From a virus (taxonomy: Duplodnaviria; Heunggongvirae; Uroviricota; Caudoviricetes), in the IMG/VR virus record IMGVR_UViG_3300029705_000029: a stretch of DNA of 64,000 nt; one strand, written 5' to 3'. A program made the translations under genes and the position numbers. This document shows positions 10,152 through 18,876 of this stretch, piece after piece. Positions within the stretch are counted from its first letter, which is position 1; the number at the start of each line of letters is the position of its first letter. The notes below the pieces were generated by a model, which worked only from the letters and a program-made list of their open reading frames with translations, was not told where the DNA came from and did not search any database.

Positions 10152-10350
10152 GAGATTGCCAAGGACGATAATTTGCGCCCTTAACTTCTGCGTGAGTCTT
10201 TTTAAACAGCGGTTTGCACTTTATTGTAACGACATATCCTCCATAAGAAGGTACACAAGTTATTTCTGGCATTCTATTACACACTGGGCAAGGTTTAATA
10301 ACTGGCACTATATTGTTCCCCCTTCTGTATGTTCCCAAAATGGACAGCAA
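10087..10350 (-). CDS. Lar-family restriction-alleviation-like zinc-ribbon protein (start uncertain)
   Basis: CPVC...ITC...VTIKC...HAEV.G....W.S.DEAIDEWNR matches the Lar signature (CxxC ... AWNRR). The ORF overlaps its upstream neighbour by about 65 nt, so the true start is probably internal. Confidence 0.45.
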   Translation of the reverse strand: MLSILGTYRRGNNIVPVIKPCPVCNRMPEITCVPSYGGYVVTIKCKPLFKKTHAEVKGANYRPWQSHDEAIDEWNRMVQLYESERKN

Positions 10351-10580
10351 ATATAAAAATGAGAAACGTTCCCATTAGACTTTATATATTTTTCACATCC
10401 AACTCTATTATCACATAGGTCACATGATGCTCCATGATTATGCTTGTTCATATATTTTATGTACGTTTTATGAAGGTCTGCATATCTACTTTTATAATAT
10501 TCAATTTTTTGTTTGGCGTATAACCACACAAAAAATAATGCAATTATAAAGCATATGCTAACCACTACAACTTCTAACAA
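10308..10580 (-). CDS. Small membrane protein with Cys-rich C-terminus (TTG start in the ORF track)
   Basis: N-terminal transmembrane helix; CDLCDNRVGCEKY cluster; promoter TTGAAA-N18-TATAAT plus the conserved motif upstream. Confidence 0.4.
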   Translation of the reverse strand: MLEVVVVSICFIIALFFVWLYAKQKIEYYKSRYADLHKTYIKYMNKHNHGASCDLCDNRVGCEKYIKSNGNVSHFYICCPFWEHTEGGTI

Positions 10581-10597
10581 AATTACAACCTCTTCTC

Positions 10598-10615
10598 ATT
10601 AATTTTGTACCGTGA
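10598..10615 (-). promoter_or_regulatory. Conserved motif copy (class 2) overlapping an 8-bp inverted repeat
   Basis: Upstream TTGAAA-N18-TATAAT; inverted repeat GTACCGTG/CACGGTAC. Confidence 0.5.
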
Positions 10616-10672
10616 TACAATTATAGCACCACGGTACGTTGCTTTTCAATTGACCGAATAGACAAAGTTTGT

Positions 10673-12625
10673 TCACTCATTTTTGTCAATCATGCTCAAA
10701 AATTCTTCCTCTGTGATAATTGGCACTCCAAGCTCAACCGCTTTCTTGTACTTAGAAGATCCACTCTGTTCATTTGTGATAAGGTAGTCAGTCTTCTTGG
10801 ATACAGAGCCAACTGCTTTTGCGCCAAGAGATGCAATCTTTTCATTGATAGAATCTCTGGTGAAGTGGTTAAGTTTGCCTGTAACACAAATAGATTTACC
10901 GTTAAATTGGCTGTTACTTACACTTTTCTTTTCAGGAACAATAAAGTGCATCTCGTCAGCAAGCCTGAGAATATCCGAATAATTATATTCTAAATAATTA
11001 TCAAGAGTTGTAGCCATTGTTTCACCAAAATCGTCCAACGTGTCCCATGGGAATCCATGAGAATATGCATCCGCCCAATCGTGAAAACTCCCATTAAACT
11101 TCTGCGAGATGGTTTTAGCGGCAGACAAACCAATGTTGGGGATACCAAGTGCTGCAATGAAGTTCTCAAGCTTCACATTGCGTGATTTCTCTATGCTAGA
11201 CAATAGTTTTTCAACCGATTTAGCTCCTAAACCATCTAGCTTGATAAGTTGGTTACGGTAGTTTGAAAGCTTATAAATGTCCAAAAAACTATTGATATAA
11301 TTAAGAGAAATCAACCTTTCAAGCAAAGCCTCTGCAAGACCTTCGATGTTCATGCACTTGCGACTTACAAAATGTACAAACTGCGCAATCTTCTTGGCAG
11401 CACAATCTGGATTTACACACATAAGTACTTGGCTATTGTCGGTATTTTTAACAACCGTCTCTGACCCGCAACAAGGACATTTCTTTGGAGCTTCAAGAGT
11501 GTTACTTCTGGTAAGATTATCATCAATCTTAGGAATAACCATATTGCTGCGATAAACAGTAATAGTATCACCAATACCAAGTTCAAGCTGCTTAATGATA
11601 GACAAATTATGTAGTGTTGCTCTTGTGGTTAAAGCTCCATCGAGATCAATTTCAGAAAACACGGCAGTCGGCGCAATTAAACCCGTTCTAGTCGGATTCC
11701 ACTCCACATCAAGTAACGTAGTTTCATATGTACTATCCGCCCACTTAAGAGCCATTCTACAGCCCTCATGATGTGATGTTGCAGTGAGAGATTTAGAATA
11801 TTCCTTCATACACATCTCGAAAATTAGACCGTCGACAGGATAACTATAAGATTCTGGCGTCATTTCTGTTACGCAAGCTTCAACTTCCCCAAGACACCTA
11901 TCCACAGTTTCAAAACCAAGATAATCTAGATATCCAAGTTCATCCCACTTAGAATCATATTTGCCGTTTTCGTCATATAGATCAGATACACACTCAAATA
12001 CTATATAGGAAAGGTTTCTAACCTTAGTGATATTTGTATCAAGATTACGAAGACTGCCTGCAGCCAAATTACGAGGATGGGAATATTTATCCTCAAGAGT
12101 TTCATTAATCTTGTTGAAATTATCCCAAGAAACAACACATTCTCCACGAAGTTCAAGATCCATATCGTATGGAATATTCATGGGAAGGTTGCTAATCATC
12201 TTGGCCTGTTCGGTGACATCTTCTCCAATTGTACCCGTTCCCCTCGTAACAGCCTGTACAAACTTACCATTACTGTACCGAACGACGAGTGTCAATCCAT
12301 CAAGTTTGTAACTACAATAAAACGCATTATTACCAATGAACTTTTTGATTTCATTGATATCCTTAGTTTTTGCTGCGGATAGCATTGGTTTAGTGTGTTC
12401 TACTTTAGTAAAGCCATCTAGCACAGCGCCTTGCACTTTACGCGTAGGGCTGTTGGCAAGCCAGAAATTTGCTTCGTTTTCCAGCTGTTCAAGCTCGTTA
12501 TACTTTTTATCGTAAGCCGCATCACTAATAGTAGGATTGTCCATGACATAATATTCATGACAATACCGCAGAAGCTCTACAGTTAGTTCTTTGATTCTCT
12601 CAATTCTATTCATCGCGCACTTCAC
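10673..12625 (-). CDS. ligA: NAD-dependent DNA ligase
   Basis: KLDG adenylation motif (YKLDGLTLVVRY), Cys4 zinc finger (CPCCGSE...CVNPDC), helix-hairpin-helix region and a C-terminal BRCT domain. Confidence 0.85.
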   Translation of the reverse strand: MKCAMNRIERIKELTVELLRYCHEYYVMDNPTISDAAYDKKYNELEQLENEANFWLANSPTRKVQGAVLDGFTKVEHTKPMLSAAKTKDINEIKKFIGNNAFYCSYKLDGLTLVVRYSNGKFVQAVTRGTGTIGEDVTEQAKMISNLPMNIPYDMDLELRGECVVSWDNFNKINETLEDKYSHPRNLAAGSLRNLDTNITKVRNLSYIVFECVSDLYDENGKYDSKWDELGYLDYLGFETVDRCLGEVEACVTEMTPESYSYPVDGLIFEMCMKEYSKSLTATSHHEGCRMALKWADSTYETTLLDVEWNPTRTGLIAPTAVFSEIDLDGALTTRATLHNLSIIKQLELGIGDTITVYRSNMVIPKIDDNLTRSNTLEAPKKCPCCGSETVVKNTDNSQVLMCVNPDCAAKKIAQFVHFVSRKCMNIEGLAEALLERLISLNYINSFLDIYKLSNYRNQLIKLDGLGAKSVEKLLSSIEKSRNVKLENFIAALGIPNIGLSAAKTISQKFNGSFHDWADAYSHGFPWDTLDDFGETMATTLDNYLEYNYSDILRLADEMHFIVPEKKSVSNSQFNGKSICVTGKLNHFTRDSINEKIASLGAKAVGSVSKKTDYLITNEQSGSSKYKKAVELGVPIITEEEFLSMIDKNE

Positions 12626-12628
12626 CTC

Positions 12629-12934
12629 TTACTCCCCATCCATTTTTAATTCTCCAAAACTACAAAAGTCATCTGGCTCCATTTTTACATCATGTCCACA
12701 AGTAAAAGGATCAGGATCTTCTGAAAGTAGCTTGCACCTATGATATGTTCCGTCATACTCTACACAATCCTTGCAGTTAATAACTTCGCGCACTTCTTTT
12801 TCTTCATACGCATCAAACCAAAAATCTGCTTCGTAATTTAACTCTGGCACAACAACAGTTACCTTATACATGCCCATGCTTTTATAGTAATCGGCGGCGA
12901 AATCTTCATTTTCTGCAACTCTAATTAAATCCAT
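12629..12934 (-). CDS. Hypothetical protein
   Basis: ORF track; tiled. Confidence 0.45.
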   Translation of the reverse strand: MDLIRVAENEDFAADYYKSMGMYKVTVVVPELNYEADFWFDAYEEKEVREVINCKDCVEYDGTYHRCKLLSEDPDPFTCGHDVKMEPDDFCSFGELKMDGE

Positions 12935-12946
12935 ATACTCACCTCT

Positions 12947-13153
12947 TTATATTCCATAAACCTTCGGCAACTTATCCATACACTCATCAAACGTCATGCT
13001 CTGATCAATAAACAAATTGTACCAACCACTATAAGGGAAGAACCATCTAAGTTCTATGATGCAGCTTTCTTTGTCAACGATTTCCAAACATTCCACAATC
13101 TCTTCTTCTGATGGTCTAGCACCATCGCACAAGTATTCTTTAATTAGTTTCAT
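12947..13153 (-). CDS. Hypothetical protein
   Basis: ORF track. Confidence 0.4.
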   Translation of the reverse strand: MKLIKEYLCDGARPSEEEIVECLEIVDKESCIIELRWFFPYSGWYNLFIDQSMTFDECMDKLPKVYGI

Positions 13154-13166
13154 ATGTTGTCACCTC

Positions 13167-13418
13167 TTAAGTTTTGCTAAAAATTCTCTCTATACAATCA
13201 TTCCATCCCTCTGCATATTCGTCTCCATTAAAAGATATCAAACGCTCTACCGATTTCAATGGACACCAATCAGGTTTGCTATTTGGCTTTACATCTTGAT
13301 TATCCATCGGAGAACACCAATATTCTCTAGGTGACAAGGCACTTTCCGAATATGATGCGCAAACAGGACATTCTCTACAACAACTTGGCATATCAATTAC
13401 TAAAATTGCTTTGCTCAT
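13167..13418 (-). CDS. Cys-rich small protein; paralogue of 14003..14221
   Basis: Shares the SKPDWCPLK motif and a CCxxC cluster with 14003..14221. Confidence 0.45.
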   Translation of the reverse strand: MSKAILVIDMPSCCRECPVCASYSESALSPREYWCSPMDNQDVKPNSKPDWCPLKSVERLISFNGDEYAEGWNDCIERIFSKT

Positions 13419-13430
13419 AATTACCTCTTT

Positions 13431-13643
13431 TTATGCATCCAACTTTCTGCCACACATAGGACAATAATAAACTTCTACTGGCTTTATGCTGGGATATTTG
13501 GTCAAATATTCACCAAGAGGATATTCGACTTCTAAAAAGTATTTAAACCCATCGTATTTATATGAACTGCATCGATATAAATTTATCTCCCATGTATTTG
13601 GTTCTTGGTGAAAATCGCAAAACTTACAATCGCTTGCTTCCAT
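13431..13643 (-). CDS. Zinc-ribbon protein
   Basis: CKFCDF...CPMCGRK. Confidence 0.45.
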   Translation of the reverse strand: MEASDCKFCDFHQEPNTWEINLYRCSSYKYDGFKYFLEVEYPLGEYLTKYPSIKPVEVYYCPMCGRKLDA

Positions 13644-13666
13644 ATGTAATTACCTCTTAAACTTTT

Positions 13667-13942
13667 CTAATAATCAAAACAATTTGCTATCTTCTCTGCA
13701 AATCTATCAATTATTTTTTCAGCAATATGTTCTTTGCACAATTTATTGCAAGCTTCTTTTGCAAAATCATCAGTAATAACCTTACGCACTTCGCTCATCG
13801 CACAATCATGATACATATCCCAAATCCAATACGTATTATTTTTTGTGCGCTCAGAAATATACTGATTAACTCTTGCTTTAACTTGTTCTTTTACCATGTT
13901 TTCAATGATTTCATCTGAAATATTTATATCCATTTTTATCAC
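13667..13942 (-). CDS. Hypothetical protein
   Basis: ORF track. Confidence 0.45.
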   Translation of the reverse strand: MIKMDINISDEIIENMVKEQVKARVNQYISERTKNNTYWIWDMYHDCAMSEVRKVITDDFAKEACNKLCKEHIAEKIIDRFAEKIANCFDY

Positions 13943-14002
13943 CTGTTAAAAGTATATTTTTATGTATCTATAATTTGTTCTACGCAACTGTTATATCCTT
14001 TT

Positions 14003-14221
14003 TCACCAATCTTGCTCATCGCTACCATACGATATTTCCATCTTATTTGGCATTGGTTTTAACGGACACCAATCTGGCTTGCTATCTATGGTTATTACAT
14101 CATCATATTTATGACAATGATACAACAGAATGCAGTCTTCGCATTTTTCAGGCGTGTCGATTAATAGAATGGATTTGCTCATAATTATTTCACCCTCTCC
14201 ATATAAGCCACTTCTCCACAC
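14003..14221 (-). CDS. Cys-rich small protein; paralogue of 13167..13418
   Basis: CEDCILLYHCH...SKPDWCPLKP. Confidence 0.45.
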   Translation of the reverse strand: MWRSGLYGEGEIIMSKSILLIDTPEKCEDCILLYHCHKYDDVITIDSKPDWCPLKPMPNKMEISYGSDEQDW

Positions 14222-14370
14222 TTACCGCACTTTGTCCTACGCTTACCAAACCAATGAAAAGGAGTATGCAAGATCCAACTCCAGTAATTCTTGTAGACCA
14301 TCATATTGCCACATTTAGGACAAATTACTTTTACTTCTTTCATGCTGTTTGCCTCTCTAAGACTTATCAA
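14185..14370 (-). CDS. Trp-rich zinc-ribbon protein; paralogue of 14732..14920
   Basis: CPKCGN...W.W..TP.HWFGK...CGKCG. Confidence 0.4.
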   Translation of the reverse strand: MISLREANSMKEVKVICPKCGNMMVYKNYWSWILHTPFHWFGKRRTKCGKCGEVAYMERVK

Positions 14371-14557
14371 TTAAATCACAATACCTATTCGTTAAAATGT
14401 CAAAGCTATCTTTCAGACTGTCAAATCGAACCATTACGGACTCCAATGTGTCCAATACAATTGTTAAATTGTCTTGATATTCAGAATAGCTATCAAAATT
14501 AAGAAGAAATTCTATTACTTCGCGCAATTCTTTGGTTCTTAAATCTTCAGTTGTCAT
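14357..14557 (-). CDS. Hypothetical protein
   Basis: ORF track. Confidence 0.4.
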   Translation of the reverse strand: MTTEDLRTKELREVIEFLLNFDSYSEYQDNLTIVLDTLESVMVRFDSLKDSFDILTNRYCDLIDKS

Positions 14558-14731
14558 ATAATCACCATTTAAAACTTATTTTATTGTGTTCTCATATCTG
14601 CCCATTGTTCCAATATATCTGGAATAAAAACAATTCCGAAAATTGTAATTACCAATGCCAAACAAATTAATCCCATTATTATATCTAAAACAATATTCTT
14701 CATAATATCATCATTTAAAACTCTATTTTTA

Positions 14732-14920
14732 TTACTTATACCAATCAAACCACCAAGGCTTGTTCCAATCTTGTCTAGTCATAAAGTGCTTCTTTGCATC
14801 GCAGTGCTTGCACTTAATCCACTTCTTAGAACCGAAATGAGGTGTCCAAAGCCACTTCCAAAATGTCATAATTGTATTTGTTTTGCCACAATAACGGCAA
14901 GTGTATTTTATTTCTTTCAT
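14732..14920 (-). CDS. Trp-rich zinc-ribbon protein; paralogue of 14185..14370
   Basis: CRYCGK...FWKWLWTPHFGSKKWIKCKHCD. Confidence 0.45.
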   Translation of the reverse strand: MKEIKYTCRYCGKTNTIMTFWKWLWTPHFGSKKWIKCKHCDAKKHFMTRQDWNKPWWFDWYK

Positions 14921-14954
14921 ACGTTTTAACCTCTTAAAACTCTATTTTTATATG

Positions 14955-15170
14955 TTAACTTTCTGTACTTAAACCACAATGCTCAAGGATTGCTTTTGCT
15001 TCTTCAATAGTGAATGTTGCATATTCGGTATAACCATTGCCATTACATGCTTTGCAAACAACCTCTTCTCTTTCCATAGTGCCAGAAACATCGTCCATAT
15101 AGACTGTTTTCCAATTATAATGCTTGCCAATTCCTGCACAATTTCCACATGTTACTTGTATCACATTCAT
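14955..15170 (-). CDS. DnaJ-type CxxCxGxG zinc-finger-like small protein
   Basis: CGNCAGIGK...CKACNGNG. Confidence 0.45.
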   Translation of the reverse strand: MNVIQVTCGNCAGIGKHYNWKTVYMDDVSGTMEREEVVCKACNGNGYTEYATFTIEEAKAILEHCGLSTES

Positions 15171-15199
15171 AATTTTTACCTCATAAAAGTTTGTTTTTA

Positions 15200-15469
15200 T
15201 TAACTGCTCATTTCTTCATCTAGTAAAGTGGTTGACCTCGACAATACAATTGCAGGTTTATCACCAATATAACCATGCATAAATCCTCGTTTACCACACC
15301 AGACATCACGTAAGGAATTCCAGTCACCATTTGGATGCTCAATTGTCACATATGGGTCGCACCCAAAAGTTTTAATTTCTTTTTGTAACAGTTTAATTAA
15401 TTCCGACGCCTTCATTTGCGTTACACCCCATAAAATTCGTATTCTATGTGTCAATCCTCTCTCCTGCAA
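15200..15469 (-). CDS. Hypothetical protein
   Basis: ORF track. Confidence 0.45.
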   Translation of the reverse strand: MQERGLTHRIRILWGVTQMKASELIKLLQKEIKTFGCDPYVTIEHPNGDWNSLRDVWCGKRGFMHGYIGDKPAIVLSRSTTLLDEEMSS

Positions 15470-15636
15470 CCATACCTCTTCAGCTCCGCAACAAGCTCAC
15501 TCACTTCTTTGCGCAACCTCTTTAATTCACGCTCATATGTACCATCGTTATTATCCCATGATAAATTTTCAACTATTTCATCATAGTCATTGAACGCTTC
15601 AATAATTCTTTCAAGTCTTGTCATTTTCTTTGTCAC
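15451..15636 (-). CDS. Hypothetical protein
   Basis: ORF track. Confidence 0.4.
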   Translation of the reverse strand: MTKKMTRLERIIEAFNDYDEIVENLSWDNNDGTYERELKRLRKEVSELVAELKRYGCRRED

Positions 15637-15911
15637 CTTTCTTGTTTTAACTCTTCAAGATGTGTACAACCACTAGCCCAATCATCTGAAAGTCCAGAGC
15701 ATAAAGAGTTGCAATTTTTACAATACTTTTCAGTGTATTCTTCTCTTGTAAGCCTTTTGTTGTTATCAACTTGTATAGGTGTGCAAAATATGCTTGAAAC
15801 CCATTCCCAATGATTGTTGATATAAATCAAGAAATCTGGATCAAAACCGTCATTGTCTCGGATGCTATGCACATTATATTTGCCAAATTGATTGTAAAAA
15901 ACCTCAAACAT
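15633..15911 (-). CDS. Hypothetical Cys-containing protein
   Basis: ORF track. Confidence 0.45.
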   Translation of the reverse strand: MFEVFYNQFGKYNVHSIRDNDGFDPDFLIYINNHWEWVSSIFCTPIQVDNNKRLTREEYTEKYCKNCNSLCSGLSDDWASGCTHLEELKQER

Positions 15912-15924
15912 GTTATTTACCTCG

Positions 15925-16518
15925 TCAGTTTTTATTTAATGAATATAATACCTTTAGTGGGCAATTTTCATCAAGCGCATTCTTGTTAACTTTATAGTCT
16001 TCTTCTTTTAAATCCCACATCAGTTCACAACAACAGTGGGGATTACGACGATATGGACCATCTTCATAATGTCCAATAAACTTACATTCTCCACATGTAT
16101 TAGGCACCTTTGGCAATGAATCTAAAATCTTAAATATAGAATTAAAAATTCTATCAATAGTCTCCTCAGTATATCTGTCGTCATAACCAAAGTATTTTCT
16201 TTCGCATTTGCCGACGAATGTATCCAGTTTTGAAGACTTCTTTTTCTCGCGATCATACCATTCTTTATAGTTCTTAAGCCAATAGTTATCTGCAATCGCC
16301 CACATCTGGAGCAATTCATTGTCAGTAGCATCGGTTAATGGAAGATGTCCTTTGCTTCGTGCGTACTCTGTAATTTTATCCTCTTCAAACCAATGCCAGC
16401 CTTCGCATATGCCATAAATGCCCATTCCGTATCTACCATATAGGTCTGGATATTCGTCTTCAGATCCAGGCCATGGTATGCAATTCCTGACCTTGTTTAG
16501 CAGTTCTTCTCTATTCAT
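15925..16518 (-). CDS. Hypothetical protein
   Basis: 197-aa ORF. Confidence 0.5.
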   Translation of the reverse strand: MNREELLNKVRNCIPWPGSEDEYPDLYGRYGMGIYGICEGWHWFEEDKITEYARSKGHLPLTDATDNELLQMWAIADNYWLKNYKEWYDREKKKSSKLDTFVGKCERKYFGYDDRYTEETIDRIFNSIFKILDSLPKVPNTCGECKFIGHYEDGPYRRNPHCCCELMWDLKEEDYKVNKNALDENCPLKVLYSLNKN

Positions 16519-16708
16519 GCTTAAACCTCTTCATCTCTTCGATATCTTTCAATATCTGTCTATAGTTTTCTTCATTTTCCAGATCTTCATCGCAGTATTC
16601 ACACAAATATAATTGCTCAACCCGCCCTAAAACAACTGGACAATATTCATCACCATATTTACAACCATGCCATTTACAACAATGGCTTGCGTGAACACCA
16701 ATATTCAT
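16511..16708 (-). CDS. Cys/His-rich small protein
   Basis: ORF track. Confidence 0.4.
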   Translation of the reverse strand: MNIGVHASHCCKWHGCKYGDEYCPVVLGRVEQLYLCEYCDEDLENEENYRQILKDIEEMKRFKHE

Positions 16709-16720
16709 TTGCCACTCCTA

Positions 16721-17065
16721 TCATCTACACTTTGCGCGAAAAGTATAATTAGATCCGTTAGTAGACGTATATAATCTACAAACAAACCCATCATCATGCC
16801 CATTGTTGGTGTAATCATATGGCTCGTTTGCTTTAATATTCTCTATATCAGATGTAGGTATGAGAACTGTATTAACACACCAATCATCGTTACGACAATT
16901 ATTGCACATTGTCCAGAGTCGATCTGGACACGCGGACTTACAAGTAACTTTAATAATGGTCCAGTGCTCTGGTTTTAATTCACAATTTTCTTCGTGTATA
17001 TAGCAGCGAGTCTCATCATTTTCAAACTGCTTGCCACAGTATTCGCAAATATAAAGCCTTTTCAT
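16721..17065 (-). CDS. C2H2-like zinc-finger protein; paralogue of 18250..18516
   Basis: N-terminal YICEYCGKQFENDETRCYIHEENC. Confidence 0.45.
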   Translation of the reverse strand: MKRLYICEYCGKQFENDETRCYIHEENCELKPEHWTIIKVTCKSACPDRLWTMCNNCRNDDWCVNTVLIPTSDIENIKANEPYDYTNNGHDDGFVCRLYTSTNGSNYTFRAKCR

Positions 17066-17075
17066 TCAAATCTCC

Positions 17076-17366
17076 TTATTTCAACCTTTCATCATGTTCT
17101 TCGTACCACGCTAATTTTTGAACACATTCTGCTTTCCAGAGCACAGCATCTAAGCAATGTTCGCACGGCTTAGTGATTTCTTCTTGTAAGCCGCCAGACA
17201 TTTGAATTTCATATTGACGAGCCATCAGCTCCTTGCTCACTTCACAAGTGTTACAAGGGCATATAGCTGACAATTTTACATCTTGCCACTTGTTATGAGG
17301 GCGAAATGTTGCATCAAATGAACTCAAAGTGTCGAATACGTTTCTTTGGTATGTTTTCCAGTCCAT
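17076..17366 (-). CDS. Hypothetical Cys-containing protein
   Basis: ORF track. Confidence 0.45.
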   Translation of the reverse strand: MDWKTYQRNVFDTLSSFDATFRPHNKWQDVKLSAICPCNTCEVSKELMARQYEIQMSGGLQEEITKPCEHCLDAVLWKAECVQKLAWYEEHDERLK

Positions 17367-17468
17367 GTTTTATGTCTCCCCATTGCCCATATTGTGCAGT
17401 ATCTAATGTGACCAGGCGTCCAATCAGGATGTTTGGCACGAATGCGTGAGTAAATGAAAGAATATCTG

Positions 17469-17810
17469 TTAAATTTTTTCTTCATGCGCATATCTCCACA
17501 GCATTACGTTGCTTGCGCTAATGTCAGTAGGCATTGAAGTAAATACGATTTCCATCTCTTCTCCGCTAAAATCACAGACAATAATTCTATCTCCAATTTC
17601 TGGCATCTTATCTTCTGGATCAAACCACTCATGCTCTTCGTACTCAACATATTCGCGTTCAACTTTATAGCCAAGCATCTCAATTAGTCTAATCCACTCA
17701 TGATCTGGGACATTGTGTCCTTCGAAATGAAAATCTTCTCCGCAATTAACATCTAGAACTACCCAGTCGCCAATACCGTCAATAGTATATTTAATATAAG
17801 GTTTACTCAC
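17469..17810 (-). CDS. Hypothetical protein
   Basis: ORF track. Confidence 0.45.
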   Translation of the reverse strand: MSKPYIKYTIDGIGDWVVLDVNCGEDFHFEGHNVPDHEWIRLIEMLGYKVEREYVEYEEHEWFDPEDKMPEIGDRIIVCDFSGEEMEIVFTSMPTDISASNVMLWRYAHEEKI

Positions 17811-18235
17811 TTCAACATATCTCCAACAATTTTACTTGCAATGCTCATATCCATCTTGCCCTTGAAGTTTGCGCTCAGATACTTCATAATTTTACCCTTA
17901 TTCATTTCTACACCAGAGTTGCGAATAATTTCAGCAATCTCATCCTCATTAGTGATCAGACTGGGCGCAAACTCACAAATAATCTCCATCTGCTTCTTGT
18001 AATCTTCAAGTAGATCATGACGAGATTCTGGACAAGTGTCAATCATTTCCTGTGCGGTCTTCTTGGCTTTTAGGAGAACTTCATTAACAAGCGCTTCTGG
18101 AATATTATCTCTGCATCCATTGTCAATGGCTGCGTTCTTAATCTGTGCAATTGTAGTGGAGATAACGTTTTTGCGGAACTTGTCTCCTGATTTCATAGCG
18201 GCAATCATTGCCTGCTGTAGTGCTTCTAGTGTCAT
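17807..18235 (-). CDS. GatB/YqeY-domain protein
   Basis: MTLEALQQAMIAAMKSGDKFRK... N-terminus and overall pattern match the YqeY family. Confidence 0.6.
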   Translation of the reverse strand: MTLEALQQAMIAAMKSGDKFRKNVISTTIAQIKNAAIDNGCRDNIPEALVNEVLLKAKKTAQEMIDTCPESRHDLLEDYKKQMEIICEFAPSLITNEDEIAEIIRNSGVEMNKGKIMKYLSANFKGKMDMSIASKIVGDMLK

Positions 18236-18249
18236 AATTTATTCCTCCA

Positions 18250-18516
18250 TTAAAATATATAATCTTCCACGTCATATGGTCTAAAATCTCTGTAGTTGTT
18301 GTGCTTATTACAACTGTACTCATACATACATGTCAGTTCACAGCCGTATACATAGAACGAATTTACACAGCATCGACACATATCCCTGTCTGTCATATTC
18401 GCAATATAGTACTTGATCTTTTCTACATCTTCAAGGTGCAAAATCTCATGATAAGCACAACATGTTTTATCTGAGAATTGCTTGCCACAGTGCTCACATT
18501 CATAGATTGTTTTCAT
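18250..18516 (-). CDS. C2H2-like zinc-finger protein; paralogue of 16721..17065
   Basis: YECEHCGKQFSDKTCCAYHEILH. Confidence 0.45.
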   Translation of the reverse strand: MKTIYECEHCGKQFSDKTCCAYHEILHLEDVEKIKYYIANMTDRDMCRCCVNSFYVYGCELTCMYEYSCNKHNNYRDFRPYDVEDYIF

Positions 18517-18865
18517 GATGTTCTTTCACCTGCTTAAAATATTCTGGCCACGAAAACCATTTATCTTTCATTAAGTGCCCAATCTTAGTGATTTTAGCAC
18601 CCCAGCCTTCACTTTCAACTCTGCAATACTGACCAACAAGATCTTCCCAGCATTCTACTTCAAAGGTCTTCATTAGTTCAATAATCGCACCATAGCCATC
18701 AGAGGAATAATACTCGCCTGGTTTGCAGAACCAATGGTCTAAGCAATAGCCGCCTGGTGTGCAGCCCCAACCATCACCTTCGATTGTAATGTATGCAGTG
18801 AGACAGCCGTGATCTTCGCCAAGTCTAGTGTGAGTGATTTTGGCGTTTAGAATTTCTGTAGACAT
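18500..18865 (-). CDS. Hypothetical protein
   Basis: ORF track. Confidence 0.45.
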   Translation of the reverse strand: MSTEILNAKITHTRLGEDHGCLTAYITIEGDGWGCTPGGYCLDHWFCKPGEYYSSDGYGAIIELMKTFEVECWEDLVGQYCRVESEGWGAKITKIGHLMKDKWFSWPEYFKQVKEHHENNL

Positions 18866-18876
18866 ATTAAAGCTCC

